64,000 nucleotides of DNA, taken from Rhodospirillales bacterium. GTDB taxonomy: Bacteria > Pseudomonadota > Alphaproteobacteria > Rhodospirillales > UBA2165. The stretch covers positions 3,283 to 67,282 of the forward strand of contig JAJECC010000071.1 in assembly GCA_022822205.1 (NCBI GenBank). The letters run 5' to 3'. Under the pieces are notes generated by a model. That model saw only the letters and a program-made list of their open reading frames with translations. It ran no database searches and was not told where the DNA came from. The position numbers and the translations under genes were made by a program. This document shows, in pieces, positions 45,988 through 56,176 of the stretch (position 1 is its first letter; each line of letters opens with the position of its first letter).

Positions 45988-48303
45988 ATGGACGCAATCA
46001 CCCCGAAACCCCTGATCAATCCGGCCTTTGACGACGGCAGCACCGCGCTGCCCGATGGCCGGTACAAATCGGCCTGCCGAATGTGTCATGGGGGCTGCGG
46101 CACCATCATGCACGTCGAAAACGGCAAGCTGGTCCACATCGACGGCGATCCCGACAACCCGATGAACCGGGGCAAGCTGTGTCCCTTGGGAGCGGCCAGC
46201 CTGGAGCAGGTCTACAACCCGTCCCGGCTCAAATATCCCATGCGCCGGGCCGGCGGACGGGGCGAGGGGAAGTGGGAGCGCATCTCCTGGGACGAGGCCT
46301 ACGACGAGATGTGCGCCAAGATTCGCGAGGCCACCGAGCGCGACGGCGCCGAGAGCATCTGGGTGGGCACCGGGACCGGACGCCACCACTTCGGCTATGT
46401 CTCCCGCTTCGCCAACGCCATCGGCACCCCCAACTGGTGCGAGCCGGGCACCGCTCAATGCTTCCGGCCCAGGGTTCACGGATCGATCATCACCATGGGC
46501 CAGCTGCCCATCTGCACCTATACCAACGAGGCGCAGCCGGACCTGATCCTGTTCTGGGGCCACAACCCCATCTATTCCGGGCCCGATGGCGAATTGGGAT
46601 TCGGGGTAAAGGATGCCCTGGCCCGCAAGCCCAAGATCATCGTCGTCGACCCGCGCGAGACCATGCTCGCCAAGCGCGCCGACTACTTTCTCCAGCTTCG
46701 CCCCGGCACCGACGATGCGCTGGGGCTCGCCATGCTCAACGTGATCATCGGCGAGGAGCTCTACGACAAGGAGTTCGTCGAGAAGTGGACCCACGGCTTC
46801 GGCCGGCTCGCCGAACGGGTCGAGCGGTATACGCCCGAGTGGGCCGAACCCATTACATGGGTGAAGGCGGACGACATCCGGGGCGCGGCGCGGCTCTATG
46901 CCGAGACCAAGCCCTCCATGCTGGAGTGGGGATGCGCCATCGAACACACGCCGGCCTGTTTCCAGACCGTCCGGGCGCTGCTCTGCCTGCCGTCGATCAC
47001 CGGCAATATCGACCAGCCGGGGGGCTGGGCGTTCGGCATGATGGGCATCGCGCCGCTGCCGCAGCTGTTCGACAAGATGCCCATGGAGCAGCAGCAGAAG
47101 CGCCTGGGCTACGACGATTACAAGGTGCTGTCGGGCGAGTTGGCGCAGCTGCCGTCGGCCCACATCCCGAGCATCTTCGACGCCATCCGGACCGGGAAAC
47201 CCTATCCGGTCACCACCGGACTGATCTTCGGCAACAATGCGCTCTCCACCTACGGCGAGGTGGACGTGGTCTACGAGACCCTGATGGCGCTCGATTACCT
47301 GATGGTCGCCGAGCTCTACATGACGCCGACCGCCGAGCTTGCCGACCTGGTGCTGCCGGTGTCCACCTGGGCCGAGGTGGACGCGCTGCCCGCCGTGCCG
47401 TTTTACGGCCAGAACGTGCTGCTCGCCCAGCAGAAGGTGGTGCAGGTGGGCGAGTGCGTGCAGGACGAAGTGATCATGACCGAAATCTGCCGCCGCCTCG
47501 GCACCGAGTTCGGCCGGGAAAGCCTGGAAGAGGTCTACGATTCCATGCTGGCGCCCAAGATGGGCATGAGCTTCGCCGAGCTGCGGGAGAGGGGATTCGT
47601 CCAGCCCGAGTTCAAGTACCGCAAGTACGAGGAGAACGGCTTCAACACGCCGACCGGCAAGATCGAGCTTTACTCCACCCGGATGGAGGAGTGGGGGGAC
47701 GACCCGCTGCCCTATTTCGAGGAGCCGCCGGAAAGTCCCTACGCGACGCCGGAGTTGGCCGAGGAGTATCCCTACATCCTGATCACCGGCGCGCGGCTGC
47801 CCACATATTTCCAGTCCGAGTACCGGCAGATGCCGACGCTGCGGCGCGGGCGGCCGGAGCCCGAATGCGAACTTCACCCGGAGACGGCGGCCGAACTTGG
47901 ACTGGAGCAGGGGGACTGGGTGTCCATCGAAACCAAGCGGGGCAAATGCCGCCAGAAGGTGCGCATCTTCGAGGGAATCGATCCCCGGGTCATCCATGCC
48001 CAGCACGGCTGGTGGTTCCCGGAGGAGGACGGGAGCCCGGACCACGGCATCTGGCGATCAAACGCCAACACGCTCACTTCCATGCAGCCGCCCTACTGCA
48101 AGTCCATGGGCACCTATCAGCTCCGCGCGCTCTTGTGCAAAGTGGTCAAGGCCGGCGAGGCGGAAGAACCCTGGCGACCGCCCCACATCGCCGCCATGGA
48201 CGGCAGGTGGCGCTCCAACGTCGCGGAGGTACAGGACTGGGACGAGGCCGAGATCAAGGCCTGGCGCGAGATGCGCGGCGGCATGAAACAGCGCCGGGTT
48301 TAG
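45988..48303 (+). CDS. Acetylene-hydratase-like Mo/W-bisPGD enzyme, stand-alone and cytoplasmic
   Basis: CRMCHGGC-x27-C, WERISWDEA, Cys ligand candidate in TAQCF, LRPGTDDAL, TPTGKIELYS and HAQHGWW. Confidence 0.88.
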   Translation: MDAITPKPLINPAFDDGSTALPDGRYKSACRMCHGGCGTIMHVENGKLVHIDGDPDNPMNRGKLCPLGAASLEQVYNPSRLKYPMRRAGGRGEGKWERISWDEAYDEMCAKIREATERDGAESIWVGTGTGRHHFGYVSRFANAIGTPNWCEPGTAQCFRPRVHGSIITMGQLPICTYTNEAQPDLILFWGHNPIYSGPDGELGFGVKDALARKPKIIVVDPRETMLAKRADYFLQLRPGTDDALGLAMLNVIIGEELYDKEFVEKWTHGFGRLAERVERYTPEWAEPITWVKADDIRGAARLYAETKPSMLEWGCAIEHTPACFQTVRALLCLPSITGNIDQPGGWAFGMMGIAPLPQLFDKMPMEQQQKRLGYDDYKVLSGELAQLPSAHIPSIFDAIRTGKPYPVTTGLIFGNNALSTYGEVDVVYETLMALDYLMVAELYMTPTAELADLVLPVSTWAEVDALPAVPFYGQNVLLAQQKVVQVGECVQDEVIMTEICRRLGTEFGRESLEEVYDSMLAPKMGMSFAELRERGFVQPEFKYRKYEENGFNTPTGKIELYSTRMEEWGDDPLPYFEEPPESPYATPELAEEYPYILITGARLPTYFQSEYRQMPTLRRGRPEPECELHPETAAELGLEQGDWVSIETKRGKCRQKVRIFEGIDPRVIHAQHGWWFPEEDGSPDHGIWRSNANTLTSMQPPYCKSMGTYQLRALLCKVVKAGEAEEPWRPPHIAAMDGRWRSNVAEVQDWDEAEIKAWREMRGGMKQRRV

Positions 48304-48377
48304 TTACTTCTTTATACCCAGGCGACGCTTTACCGCTGCATCGCCATTCCATCATCGTCCGTGCGGGATAGCGGCCG

Positions 48378-48956
48378 TTAAGCGTTCTGCGGCGGATCGA
48401 AGTGGAAGAAATCGCGGAAGCCGTCGGCGATCTTCTTGCCGAAATCCGTCTCCACCCCTTGGACGATGGAATCCGGGATCGATACGTCGTCGCGGCCTTC
48501 CTCGACGCCGGTGATCACCGTCAGCTGCACCGCGTCCGTATCGCCGATGTTCTTGAACCCGCGATAGACCCGGGGCGGGCACGAGAAGGTATCCCACTTG
48601 TTGAGCACCAGCGTGTGCTCGATGGGATCGCCGATGTAGTACTCGATGGCGCCTTCGAGGCACATGAAGGTCTCGAAGGTGGAATTGTGGCTGTGCAGGC
48701 ACGGGCCCTGGCCCGGCGGCATGATGGAAATGAACATGGTCGAGCCGGCCGCGCCGACGATGGGCGAGTCGTTGCCGAACGGGCTCTTGGTGTCGTCCAG
48801 AATGATCGGCATCAGCTTGCGGGCGTAAAACACGTCCATGGCGTCCTGGCCGACCCATTCGAGATCGTCGGCGGACGACATCTGCCGGAGGTCGCTGAAC
48901 CGCCCGATCCGGCTTTCGATTTCCTCGGCGGTAGGTGTGTAAATCTCGTTGCTCAT
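48378..48956 (-). CDS. Cupin domain protein
   Basis: GPCLHSH..FETF..LEG motif 1; PPRVYRGF motif 2. Confidence 0.75.
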   Translation of the reverse strand: MSNEIYTPTAEEIESRIGRFSDLRQMSSADDLEWVGQDAMDVFYARKLMPIILDDTKSPFGNDSPIVGAAGSTMFISIMPPGQGPCLHSHNSTFETFMCLEGAIEYYIGDPIEHTLVLNKWDTFSCPPRVYRGFKNIGDTDAVQLTVITGVEEGRDDVSIPDSIVQGVETDFGKKIADGFRDFFHFDPPQNA

Positions 48957-49038
48957 TGTTTTCCTCCCATCACTGGTGGATCAGTTCTGCTCATGAAAAT
49001 AGGTTAGCACGAATCCCGGTGGGGGAGGCCAGCCCCGC

Positions 49039-49788
49039 TTACCTGACGCTGATCTTGTCGAGCACCCAGAGCGCCCCGAACAGGATCGGCTGGTGGATCA
49101 AATAGATCAGCAGCGTCTTCCGGCCCATCCAGCGGAGCAGGTCGGGAATCCGGCCCTCGGGCTTCCACCCTTCCAACTGCCCCATGATCCCGGGCGAGCC
49201 GAGCAGCAACTGCATGAAGGCGAAGCCCAGCAGCGTGGCGCCGAACCACGGAAAGATGGGCACGTAATCGACGGAGAAGGGCGGATTGGCGGCGAACCCG
49301 ATCCAGGCGAACTGGCGGATGTCGAAGAACGAGAGGTTCACGTCCAGCCCAAGAAAGATGACCGCCGCGCCGCTGAGGGCGACCGCCCAATAGGGAAGGC
49401 CCGCGAAGAGGACGATCAACAGGCTGGCGATGGCGAGGTTGTGGAGGATGCCGAAGAACACGAAGCCCTCCTCGAACACCGTCGCCGTGGCGATGGTGAC
49501 GGCGATGGCCGCGGCGAGGATGCGCGAAAACCGGTTGAGGAATTTCTGAGGATCGACGGCCGTGCGCCGCGCAAGCGCATGGCTGATCCCGGAGGAAACC
49601 AGGAAGATGCCGACGATGATCGTCCGGGCGGCGAGCCAGAAGGGGTCGTTGAACAGGTCCACCTCGGCATAGCCGAAGAACGACAGGTCCCATGACAGGT
49701 GGTAGAGGATCATCAGGGCGATCCCGACCCCGCGGAGCAGGTCGAGGGCGTCGATGCGGGCCGGCGCCGCTGATGCCGGCCGCGCCAT
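49039..49788 (-). CDS. DUF1624 / heparan-alpha-glucosaminide N-acetyltransferase-domain membrane protein
   Basis: RIDALDLLRGVGI.LMILYH, FGILH, DYVPIFPW and GRKTL.IYL.HQP. Confidence 0.85.
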   Translation of the reverse strand: MARPASAAPARIDALDLLRGVGIALMILYHLSWDLSFFGYAEVDLFNDPFWLAARTIIVGIFLVSSGISHALARRTAVDPQKFLNRFSRILAAAIAVTIATATVFEEGFVFFGILHNLAIASLLIVLFAGLPYWAVALSGAAVIFLGLDVNLSFFDIRQFAWIGFAANPPFSVDYVPIFPWFGATLLGFAFMQLLLGSPGIMGQLEGWKPEGRIPDLLRWMGRKTLLIYLIHQPILFGALWVLDKISVR

Positions 49789-50465
49789 TACGGCGCCCGG
49801 GCGCCCGCGATCAGCGGCAGGCCGCGGAGGGCGTCGCGGATCGTCTCCCCCGTCAGCACCCTGAAGTCCCCGGACGCCAGCGCCAGCGAGCCCTGCCGCT
49901 CGCCTTCGCGACCGCCGTGACCCGAGCGCACATGCATGGCGCCTTCGCAGCCGGCATTCCGGGCGGCGCCCACGTCGATGGCGCGGTCGCCGATCAGCCA
50001 TGACCGCGGGAGGTCGATGGACAGCGCCCGGGCCGCCTTGATCAGCATGCCGGCATTGGGCTTGCGGCACGGATGGTCGTCGTGCCGGTAGGGCGGGTGC
50101 GCATCGGCATGAAACGGGCAGGCGAAGACTGCCGACAAACGGACCCCGGCAAGATCGAGTTTCCGCCTGATGGCGTCCTGCACCTCGGCGAATTGGGGCC
50201 AGTCATAATAGCGCAGGCCGATTCCCGCCTGATTGGTGACGATGACGACCGGAACGTCCGCCCGGTTGGCCTCGGCGATGATGTCCGCCGCGCCTGGAAT
50301 CAGGCTCACGTCGCCGGCGCGATGCAGATAGCCGGCCTCTTCGATCACGACGCCGTCGCGATCGAGGAACAATGCCGGCCGTTCCCCGCGGGCGGCGGGC
50401 GGCGTCACGATCTCGGCCCAGATGCCGTCGGAATCGATAAACCCGAATTCAGGATAACCGGCCAT
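49788..50465 (-). CDS. HAD IIIA phosphatase, GmhB/histidinol-phosphatase-like
   Basis: FLDRDGV, VTNQAG, CPFH...CRKPNAGM and IGDRAID. Confidence 0.88.
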   Translation of the reverse strand: MAGYPEFGFIDSDGIWAEIVTPPAARGERPALFLDRDGVVIEEAGYLHRAGDVSLIPGAADIIAEANRADVPVVIVTNQAGIGLRYYDWPQFAEVQDAIRRKLDLAGVRLSAVFACPFHADAHPPYRHDDHPCRKPNAGMLIKAARALSIDLPRSWLIGDRAIDVGAARNAGCEGAMHVRSGHGGREGERQGSLALASGDFRVLTGETIRDALRGLPLIAGARAP

Positions 50466-50534
50466 GCTGTATTGTATCGCGTTCGCCCGCTGATATTCTC
50501 GAAATCCTCGTAAGCCGGAATGATTAAGGATTCG

Positions 50535-52238
50535 ATGACGGAAGGCAAAAAGCTCCGGTCCCGCATCACGACCGACGGTCTCGACCGGACCCCGCACCGG
50601 GTGTTCATGCGCGCCATGGGAATGGACGACGCGGCCATCGCCCGGCCGATCATCGGCGTCGCCTCGACCGCCGGCGAGGTGACGCCCTGCACCATGACGC
50701 TGGCCGTTCAGTCCAAGGCGGCGCAGAAGGGCGTCGTCGAGGCCGGCGGGACGCCGCGCGAGTTCACCACCATCTCGGTCTCCGACGGCGTTTCCATGAA
50801 CCATGCGGGCATGAAGATGTCCCTGGTGTCGCGCGAGGTCATCGCCGACTCCGTGGAGCTGGTCGTCCAGGCCCATGCCTATGACGGCCTTGTCGCCTTC
50901 GGCGGCTGCGACAAGAACCTGCCGGGCATGATGATGGCCATGGTGCGGTGCAACGTGCCGGCGGTGTTCATGTACGGGGGCAGCGCGCTGCCCGGCAGGT
51001 GGCGGGGCCGGGATGTGAGCGCCATCGAGGCCTATGAAGGCGTCGGCGCCGTGATGACCGGTTCGATGACCGAGGCCGAACTCGCCGAGCTGGAGCGGGT
51101 CTGCCTGCCCACCATCGGATCCTGCGCCGGCCAGTTCACCGCCAACACCATGGCGATGGTGTCGGAGACATTGGGCCTCGCCCCGCTGGGCTCCGCGATG
51201 ATCCCGGCGGTCTATGAGCAACGGCTGGCGGCGGCGGAGCACGCGGGCCGGCTGGTCATGGACATCCTCGAAAATGGCGGGCCGCTGCCGCGCGACCTGG
51301 TGACCCGGGCGTCGATCGAAAATGCCTGCGCGGTGGTCGCGGCGACCGGCGGTTCGACCAATGCCGGCCTGCATATTCCGGCGATCGCCCACGAGGCCGG
51401 TATCGCTTTTTCGCTGGAGGACGCCGCCCGGGTGTTCGAACGGACGCCGCTGATCGCCGACCTCAAGCCGGGCGGCGCCTATCACGCCAAGGACGTTTAC
51501 GAAATCGGCGGCACGCCGGTCATCCTGAAGGCGCTGCTGGAAGCGGGACACCTGGACGGGTCATGCCTCACCATCGACGGACAACCGTTGGACGAGGCGC
51601 TCTCCGATGTCCCGGCGCCCGACGGCAGCGTGGTGCGGCCGGTCTCCGACGCCATTTCCGGCACCGGCGGCGTCGTGGTCCTCAAGGGCAATTTGTGTCC
51701 GGACGGCGCGCTGATCAAGGTCGCCGGTCTCGGCAAGCTGGTCCACGAAGGCCCCGCCCTGGTCTTCGACGGCGAGGAAGCCTGCACCGCGATGATCGAA
51801 AAAGGCGAATATGCGGAGGGCTCGGTCATCATCGTCCGCAATGAGGGTCCCAAGGGCGGGCCCGGCATGCGCGAAATGCTGGGCACGACGGCCATCATCT
51901 ACGGGCAGGGGATGGGGGAGAAGGTCGCGCTGATCACCGACGGCCGGTTTTCCGGCGCCACCCGCGGCATGTGCATCGGATACGCCTCGCCGGAGGCGGC
52001 GGTGGGCGGCCCGCTGGCGCTGATCGAAAACGGCGACATCATCCGGATCGATTGCGAGGCCCGGACCATCGAGCACATGGTGCCGGCGGACGAGTTCGAG
52101 AGGCGGCGGGCCGATTGGTCGCCGCCGGTTCGCGACGGCCTCGCCGGCGCCCTCGAAAAATACGCCGCGACGGTCGGCCCGGCCAATCTGGGCGCCGTCA
52201 CCCATTCGGGGAACGCCCGGTGGGAAGGGGATGCCTGA
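50535..52238 (+). CDS. ilvD: Dihydroxy-acid dehydratase family (IlvD/Edd)
   Basis: [37 protein letters not shown] and TDGRFSGA. Confidence 0.9.
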   Translation: MTEGKKLRSRITTDGLDRTPHRVFMRAMGMDDAAIARPIIGVASTAGEVTPCTMTLAVQSKAAQKGVVEAGGTPREFTTISVSDGVSMNHAGMKMSLVSREVIADSVELVVQAHAYDGLVAFGGCDKNLPGMMMAMVRCNVPAVFMYGGSALPGRWRGRDVSAIEAYEGVGAVMTGSMTEAELAELERVCLPTIGSCAGQFTANTMAMVSETLGLAPLGSAMIPAVYEQRLAAAEHAGRLVMDILENGGPLPRDLVTRASIENACAVVAATGGSTNAGLHIPAIAHEAGIAFSLEDAARVFERTPLIADLKPGGAYHAKDVYEIGGTPVILKALLEAGHLDGSCLTIDGQPLDEALSDVPAPDGSVVRPVSDAISGTGGVVVLKGNLCPDGALIKVAGLGKLVHEGPALVFDGEEACTAMIEKGEYAEGSVIIVRNEGPKGGPGMREMLGTTAIIYGQGMGEKVALITDGRFSGATRGMCIGYASPEAAVGGPLALIENGDIIRIDCEARTIEHMVPADEFERRRADWSPPVRDGLAGALEKYAATVGPANLGAVTHSGNARWEGDA

Positions 52239-53180
52239 GTGACCGGACCTATGAATGCGCCTCTCATAAAGGTCGCGACGCGGAGTTTCTCCCGCCATCC
52301 GGTGCTGCGCGCGGAACTCCTGTCCGAGTTTCCCGGCGCCGTCTTCAATGAACGGGGGAGCCGGTTCGGCGGCGAGGCCCTCGTCCAATATCTCGACGGC
52401 GCCGACGGCGCGGTGGTCGGGCTCGAGCCGATTACGGACGAGGTGCTCGCCGCCCTGCCGAAACTCCGGATCGTCGCCAAGTACGGCGTCGGGCTGGACA
52501 ACGTCGACGAGGATGCCTGCCGCGCCCGCGGCGTCGCCGTCGGCTGGACGGGCGGGGTAAACGCCCTCGGCGTCGCCGAAATGACGGTGTGCTTCCTGGG
52601 CGGGCTGTCGCGCAACGTGCTCCGGTCGGGGACCCGGCTATCGGCGGGCGAGTGGGACGGATCGGGCGGACGCCAGCTTTCCGGCCGCACCGTCGGCGTC
52701 ATCGGCGTCGGCCACGTGGGCAAGGAGGTGATCCGGCTGTTGGCCCCCTACGGTTGCCGGATCATGGCCAACGATATCGTCGAGCAGACCGATTATTTCA
52801 GCGAAAACGGCCTGATCGGCGCGTCCAAGGAGGAAATCCGCGCCGAGGCCGACTTCATCACCATCCACACGCCGCTGACCGAAGAAACCAGGGCGATGGT
52901 CGACGCGGCGTTTCTCGCCGCCATGAAGCCGACGGCGTACCTGATCAATACGGCCCGGGGCGGCATCGTCGATCAGCCGGCGCTCAAGCGGGCGCTGACG
53001 GACGGCGCCATCGCCGGCGCCGCATTGGACGTCTTCGAGGAGGAACCGTGCGGGGATTTGGAGTTCCTGAGCCTGCCCAACCTGTTTTCGACGCCGCATA
53101 TCGGGGGCTCGGCCGAGGAGTCGATCCTCGCGATGGGACGCAGCGCCATCAACCATTTATCCAGCTTTTTCAACAGGTAA
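52239..53180 (+). CDS. D-isomer-specific 2-hydroxyacid dehydrogenase (SerA-like, no ACT domain)
   Basis: KYGVGLDNVD, GVGHVG, INTARG, LDVFEEEP and TPHIGG. Confidence 0.88.
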   Translation: MTGPMNAPLIKVATRSFSRHPVLRAELLSEFPGAVFNERGSRFGGEALVQYLDGADGAVVGLEPITDEVLAALPKLRIVAKYGVGLDNVDEDACRARGVAVGWTGGVNALGVAEMTVCFLGGLSRNVLRSGTRLSAGEWDGSGGRQLSGRTVGVIGVGHVGKEVIRLLAPYGCRIMANDIVEQTDYFSENGLIGASKEEIRAEADFITIHTPLTEETRAMVDAAFLAAMKPTAYLINTARGGIVDQPALKRALTDGAIAGAALDVFEEEPCGDLEFLSLPNLFSTPHIGGSAEESILAMGRSAINHLSSFFNR

Positions 53181-53242
53181 CCGGGGCCTGTTCGGCTGGG
53201 GACGCAGGCGCCCGCGCTAGGCCCATCGACAATTCCCGATCC

Positions 53243-53261
53243 GATAATGATAATGATTTGC
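53243..53261 (+). promoter_or_regulatory. Fur-box-like site
   Basis: GATAATGATAATGATTTGC, 16/19 to GATAATGATAATCATTATC, upstream of Fe3+ ABC genes. Confidence 0.75.
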
Positions 53262-53338
53262 ATTGTCGTTTCTGGTCTGATAGGTGTTGATAACGGTTCT
53301 CAAAATTGAACCGGACGATACCTTGGGACACGACCAAA

Positions 53339-54367
53339 ATGAAAAAGACCATCTCTCTCATCGCCGCCGCCGCTGCCATGCTGCCGGTGCTCGGCCCGGG
53401 AACCGCCGGCGCGGAGGAAGTCAATCTGTATTCCTATCGCCAGCCGTTCCTGATCCAGCCGTTCCTCGATGAATTCACCAGGCAAACCGGCATCAAGGTG
53501 AACGTCGTCTACGCCCAGAAGGGGATGCTCCAGCGCCTCAAGGCGGAAGGCCGGAACACGCCGGCGGACGCGGTATTGACCGTCGATATCTCGCGCCTCG
53601 ATGCGCTGACCAACGCCGAGCTGCTGCAACCGGTCTCATCGCCGGTCCTGGACAGGAACATTCCGGCGCAGTACCGGCACCCCCAGGGTCATTGGTACGG
53701 CCTGACCACCCGCGCCCGGATCATCTACGTCAGCAAGGACCGGGTGAAGCCCGGTGAGGTCGCGTCCTACGAGGACCTTGCGAAGCCGCACATGAAGGGG
53801 CGGGTCTGCACCCGGTCCGGCAAGCACGTCTATACGGTCTCCCTGATCGCCTCGATCATCGAAGCCAATGGCGAGAAGGCGACCGAGCAGTGGCTGCGGG
53901 GCGTCAAGGCGAACCTCGCCCGCAAGCCGCAGGGCAACGACCGGGCGCAGGTCAAGGCCATCAAGGACGGCGTGTGCGACGTGTCCCTCGGCAACACCTA
54001 CTACATGGGCAAAATGGCCACCAACGACAAGAAGCCGGAGCAGAGGCAATGGGCCGCTTCGGTCAATATCCTGTTTCCCAACCAGGCCGGCCGCGGAACC
54101 CACGTCAATATCAGCGGCGCGGCCGTCACCGAGCATGCCAAGAACAAGGCCAACGCGGTCAAGCTTCTCGAGTTTCTGAGCGAGAACTTCGCCCAGAAAA
54201 TGTATGCCGACCAAAACTTCGAGTATCCGGTCAAGGCCGGTGTCGAATTGCATCCGATGGTCGCGGGATGGGGCAAGTTCAAGTCCGATGCCGTGAACCT
54301 GGACAACGTCGCCAAGCATCGCGCGGCGGCGACGAAATTGGTGGACCGGGTCAATTTCGACGGCTAG
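53339..54367 (+). CDS. fbpA: Fe3+ ABC substrate-binding protein (FutA/FbpA)
   Basis: VNLYSYRQ, PQGNDRAQ, NTYY iron tyrosines and HVNISG. Confidence 0.9.
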   Translation: MKKTISLIAAAAAMLPVLGPGTAGAEEVNLYSYRQPFLIQPFLDEFTRQTGIKVNVVYAQKGMLQRLKAEGRNTPADAVLTVDISRLDALTNAELLQPVSSPVLDRNIPAQYRHPQGHWYGLTTRARIIYVSKDRVKPGEVASYEDLAKPHMKGRVCTRSGKHVYTVSLIASIIEANGEKATEQWLRGVKANLARKPQGNDRAQVKAIKDGVCDVSLGNTYYMGKMATNDKKPEQRQWAASVNILFPNQAGRGTHVNISGAAVTEHAKNKANAVKLLEFLSENFAQKMYADQNFEYPVKAGVELHPMVAGWGKFKSDAVNLDNVAKHRAAATKLVDRVNFDG

Positions 54368-54389
54368 GTTTCACACCGCTTTAATTCGG

Positions 54390-54415
54390 GAGAGCCGCGG
54401 CAACGCGGCTCTCCG
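54390..54415 (+). terminator. Intercistronic hairpin with GNRA tetraloop
   Basis: ggagagccgcg-gcaa-cgcggctctcc, perfect 11-bp stem. Confidence 0.7.
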
Positions 54416-54469
54416 TGATTCCGGGAACCCGTTCGCCGCGCCGCTTCGGATGCCGCGGCAAAATCGCCG

Positions 54470-56176
54470 ATGACTGCCGCCGCCGCCCTGACCCGACACC
54501 GAACCCGCCGCGGATTCGCCGCCGCCGGTCTCGACGGCTGGACGCTCGGCGCGCTGTTGGTGGCCGGATGCGTCGCCATTCCCATCGGCGCGGTGCTGAT
54601 CCTGGCGACCGGAACCGGCAGCGGTATCTGGGGGCACCTGATCGACACGGTGCTCGCGCGCTATGTCGGGACGACCCTCGGTCTCATGGCCGGCGTCGGG
54701 GCGGGGACGCTGATCATCGGCGTCGGAACCGCTTGGCTGGTCACCAATTTCCGGTTTCCGGGGCGGGGCATGTTCGAATGGTCGCTCCTTCTGCCGCTGG
54801 CCATTCCGTCCTACGTCATTGCATTCGTGTTCACCGATTTCCTCGAATTCGCCGGGCCGGTGCAGGGCCTGTTGCGGGAACTCGGCGGCTGGACATCGCC
54901 CAGGGACTACTGGTTCCCCGAGATACGCTCCCTCGGCGGCGCGGTCGTCGTCATGTCCCTGGTTCTCTACCCCTATGTCTATCTGCTGTCCCGCGCCGCC
55001 TTTCTCGAGCAGTCGGTCGGGATGATGGAAGTCAGCCGCTCTCTCGGCCGGGGGCCGTGGCGCAGTTTTCTGACCGTTGCGGTGCCGCTGGCCCGTCCGT
55101 CCATCGCCGTCGGCGTGTCGCTGGTGCTGATGGAAACGCTGAACGATTTCGGCACGGTGGATTTCTTCGCCGTCCAGACCCTGACCCTGGGAATCTTCGA
55201 CGTCTGGTTCAACCTCAACAGCGTCGCCGGGGCCGCCCAGATCGCCGGCGTCATACTGCTGTTCGTCATGGTCCTGCTGGCCGCCGAGCGTTTCAGCCGG
55301 CGCCGCCAGCGCTACCACGGACAGGGGGGGGCGCTCCGCCGCGCCGTTCCCCGCCGGTTGACGGGTTTCGCCGCGCTCCTGTCCACACTGGCGTGCGCGC
55401 TTCCCCTGGCGCTCGGATTTCTGCTGCCCGTCGGCCTGCTGTCGGCGGACGTCGTGGCCAATCTCGAACTGGTCGGCGGCAGGGCGTTTCTGACCAGCGC
55501 CGGCAACAGCCTGCTTCTCGCGGCCCTGGCCGCCCTTGTCGCGGTGCTGATCGGACTGCAGCTCGCCTACGGCGTCCGCCTGAGCGGCAACCGGGCCCTC
55601 AGGAGCCTTACCCGGTTCGCCAGCCTCGGTTACGCAATTCCCGGCGCCGTCCTGGCGGTGGGAGTCATGATCCCCTTCGGGCTGTTCGACAACTGGATCG
55701 ACGCCCAGTCGAGCCGCCTCTTCGGGATTTCCACCGGGCTGATATTGAGCGGTACCGGCGCCGCCCTGGTGTTCGCCTATGTCGTCCGGTTTCTGGCCCT
55801 TTCGCAGGGAGCCGTCGAGAGCGGTCTCGAACGGGTAACGCCCAACATCGACGGCGCGGCCCGCACCTTGGGCTGCCGTCCGGCCGGGGTCCTGTGGCGG
55901 GTTCACGTCCCGCTTTTGCGCGGCAGCATGCTGACGGCCGCCATCCTGGTGTTCGTCGACACCATGAAGGAACTTCCGATGACGGTGATCATGCGGCCGT
56001 TCAACTTCGAGACCCTGGCGACCCAGGTGCATCAGTTCGCCGCCTCCGAGCAATTCGCCGAAGCTTCGCCGGCGGCCCTGGCAATCGTCCTTGCAGGTAT
56101 CCTCCCGGTGATTATTCTCAGCCGCGCCATGAGAAACACCGTTCACGTCGACACCAGGGCCGAGGCACGGACATGA
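54470..56176 (+). CDS. fbpB: Fe3+ ABC permease
   Basis: Duplicated permease halves; YPYVYL, METLNDFG and KELPMT. Confidence 0.9.
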   Translation: MTAAAALTRHRTRRGFAAAGLDGWTLGALLVAGCVAIPIGAVLILATGTGSGIWGHLIDTVLARYVGTTLGLMAGVGAGTLIIGVGTAWLVTNFRFPGRGMFEWSLLLPLAIPSYVIAFVFTDFLEFAGPVQGLLRELGGWTSPRDYWFPEIRSLGGAVVVMSLVLYPYVYLLSRAAFLEQSVGMMEVSRSLGRGPWRSFLTVAVPLARPSIAVGVSLVLMETLNDFGTVDFFAVQTLTLGIFDVWFNLNSVAGAAQIAGVILLFVMVLLAAERFSRRRQRYHGQGGALRRAVPRRLTGFAALLSTLACALPLALGFLLPVGLLSADVVANLELVGGRAFLTSAGNSLLLAALAALVAVLIGLQLAYGVRLSGNRALRSLTRFASLGYAIPGAVLAVGVMIPFGLFDNWIDAQSSRLFGISTGLILSGTGAALVFAYVVRFLALSQGAVESGLERVTPNIDGAARTLGCRPAGVLWRVHVPLLRGSMLTAAILVFVDTMKELPMTVIMRPFNFETLATQVHQFAASEQFAEASPAALAIVLAGILPVIILSRAMRNTVHVDTRAEART

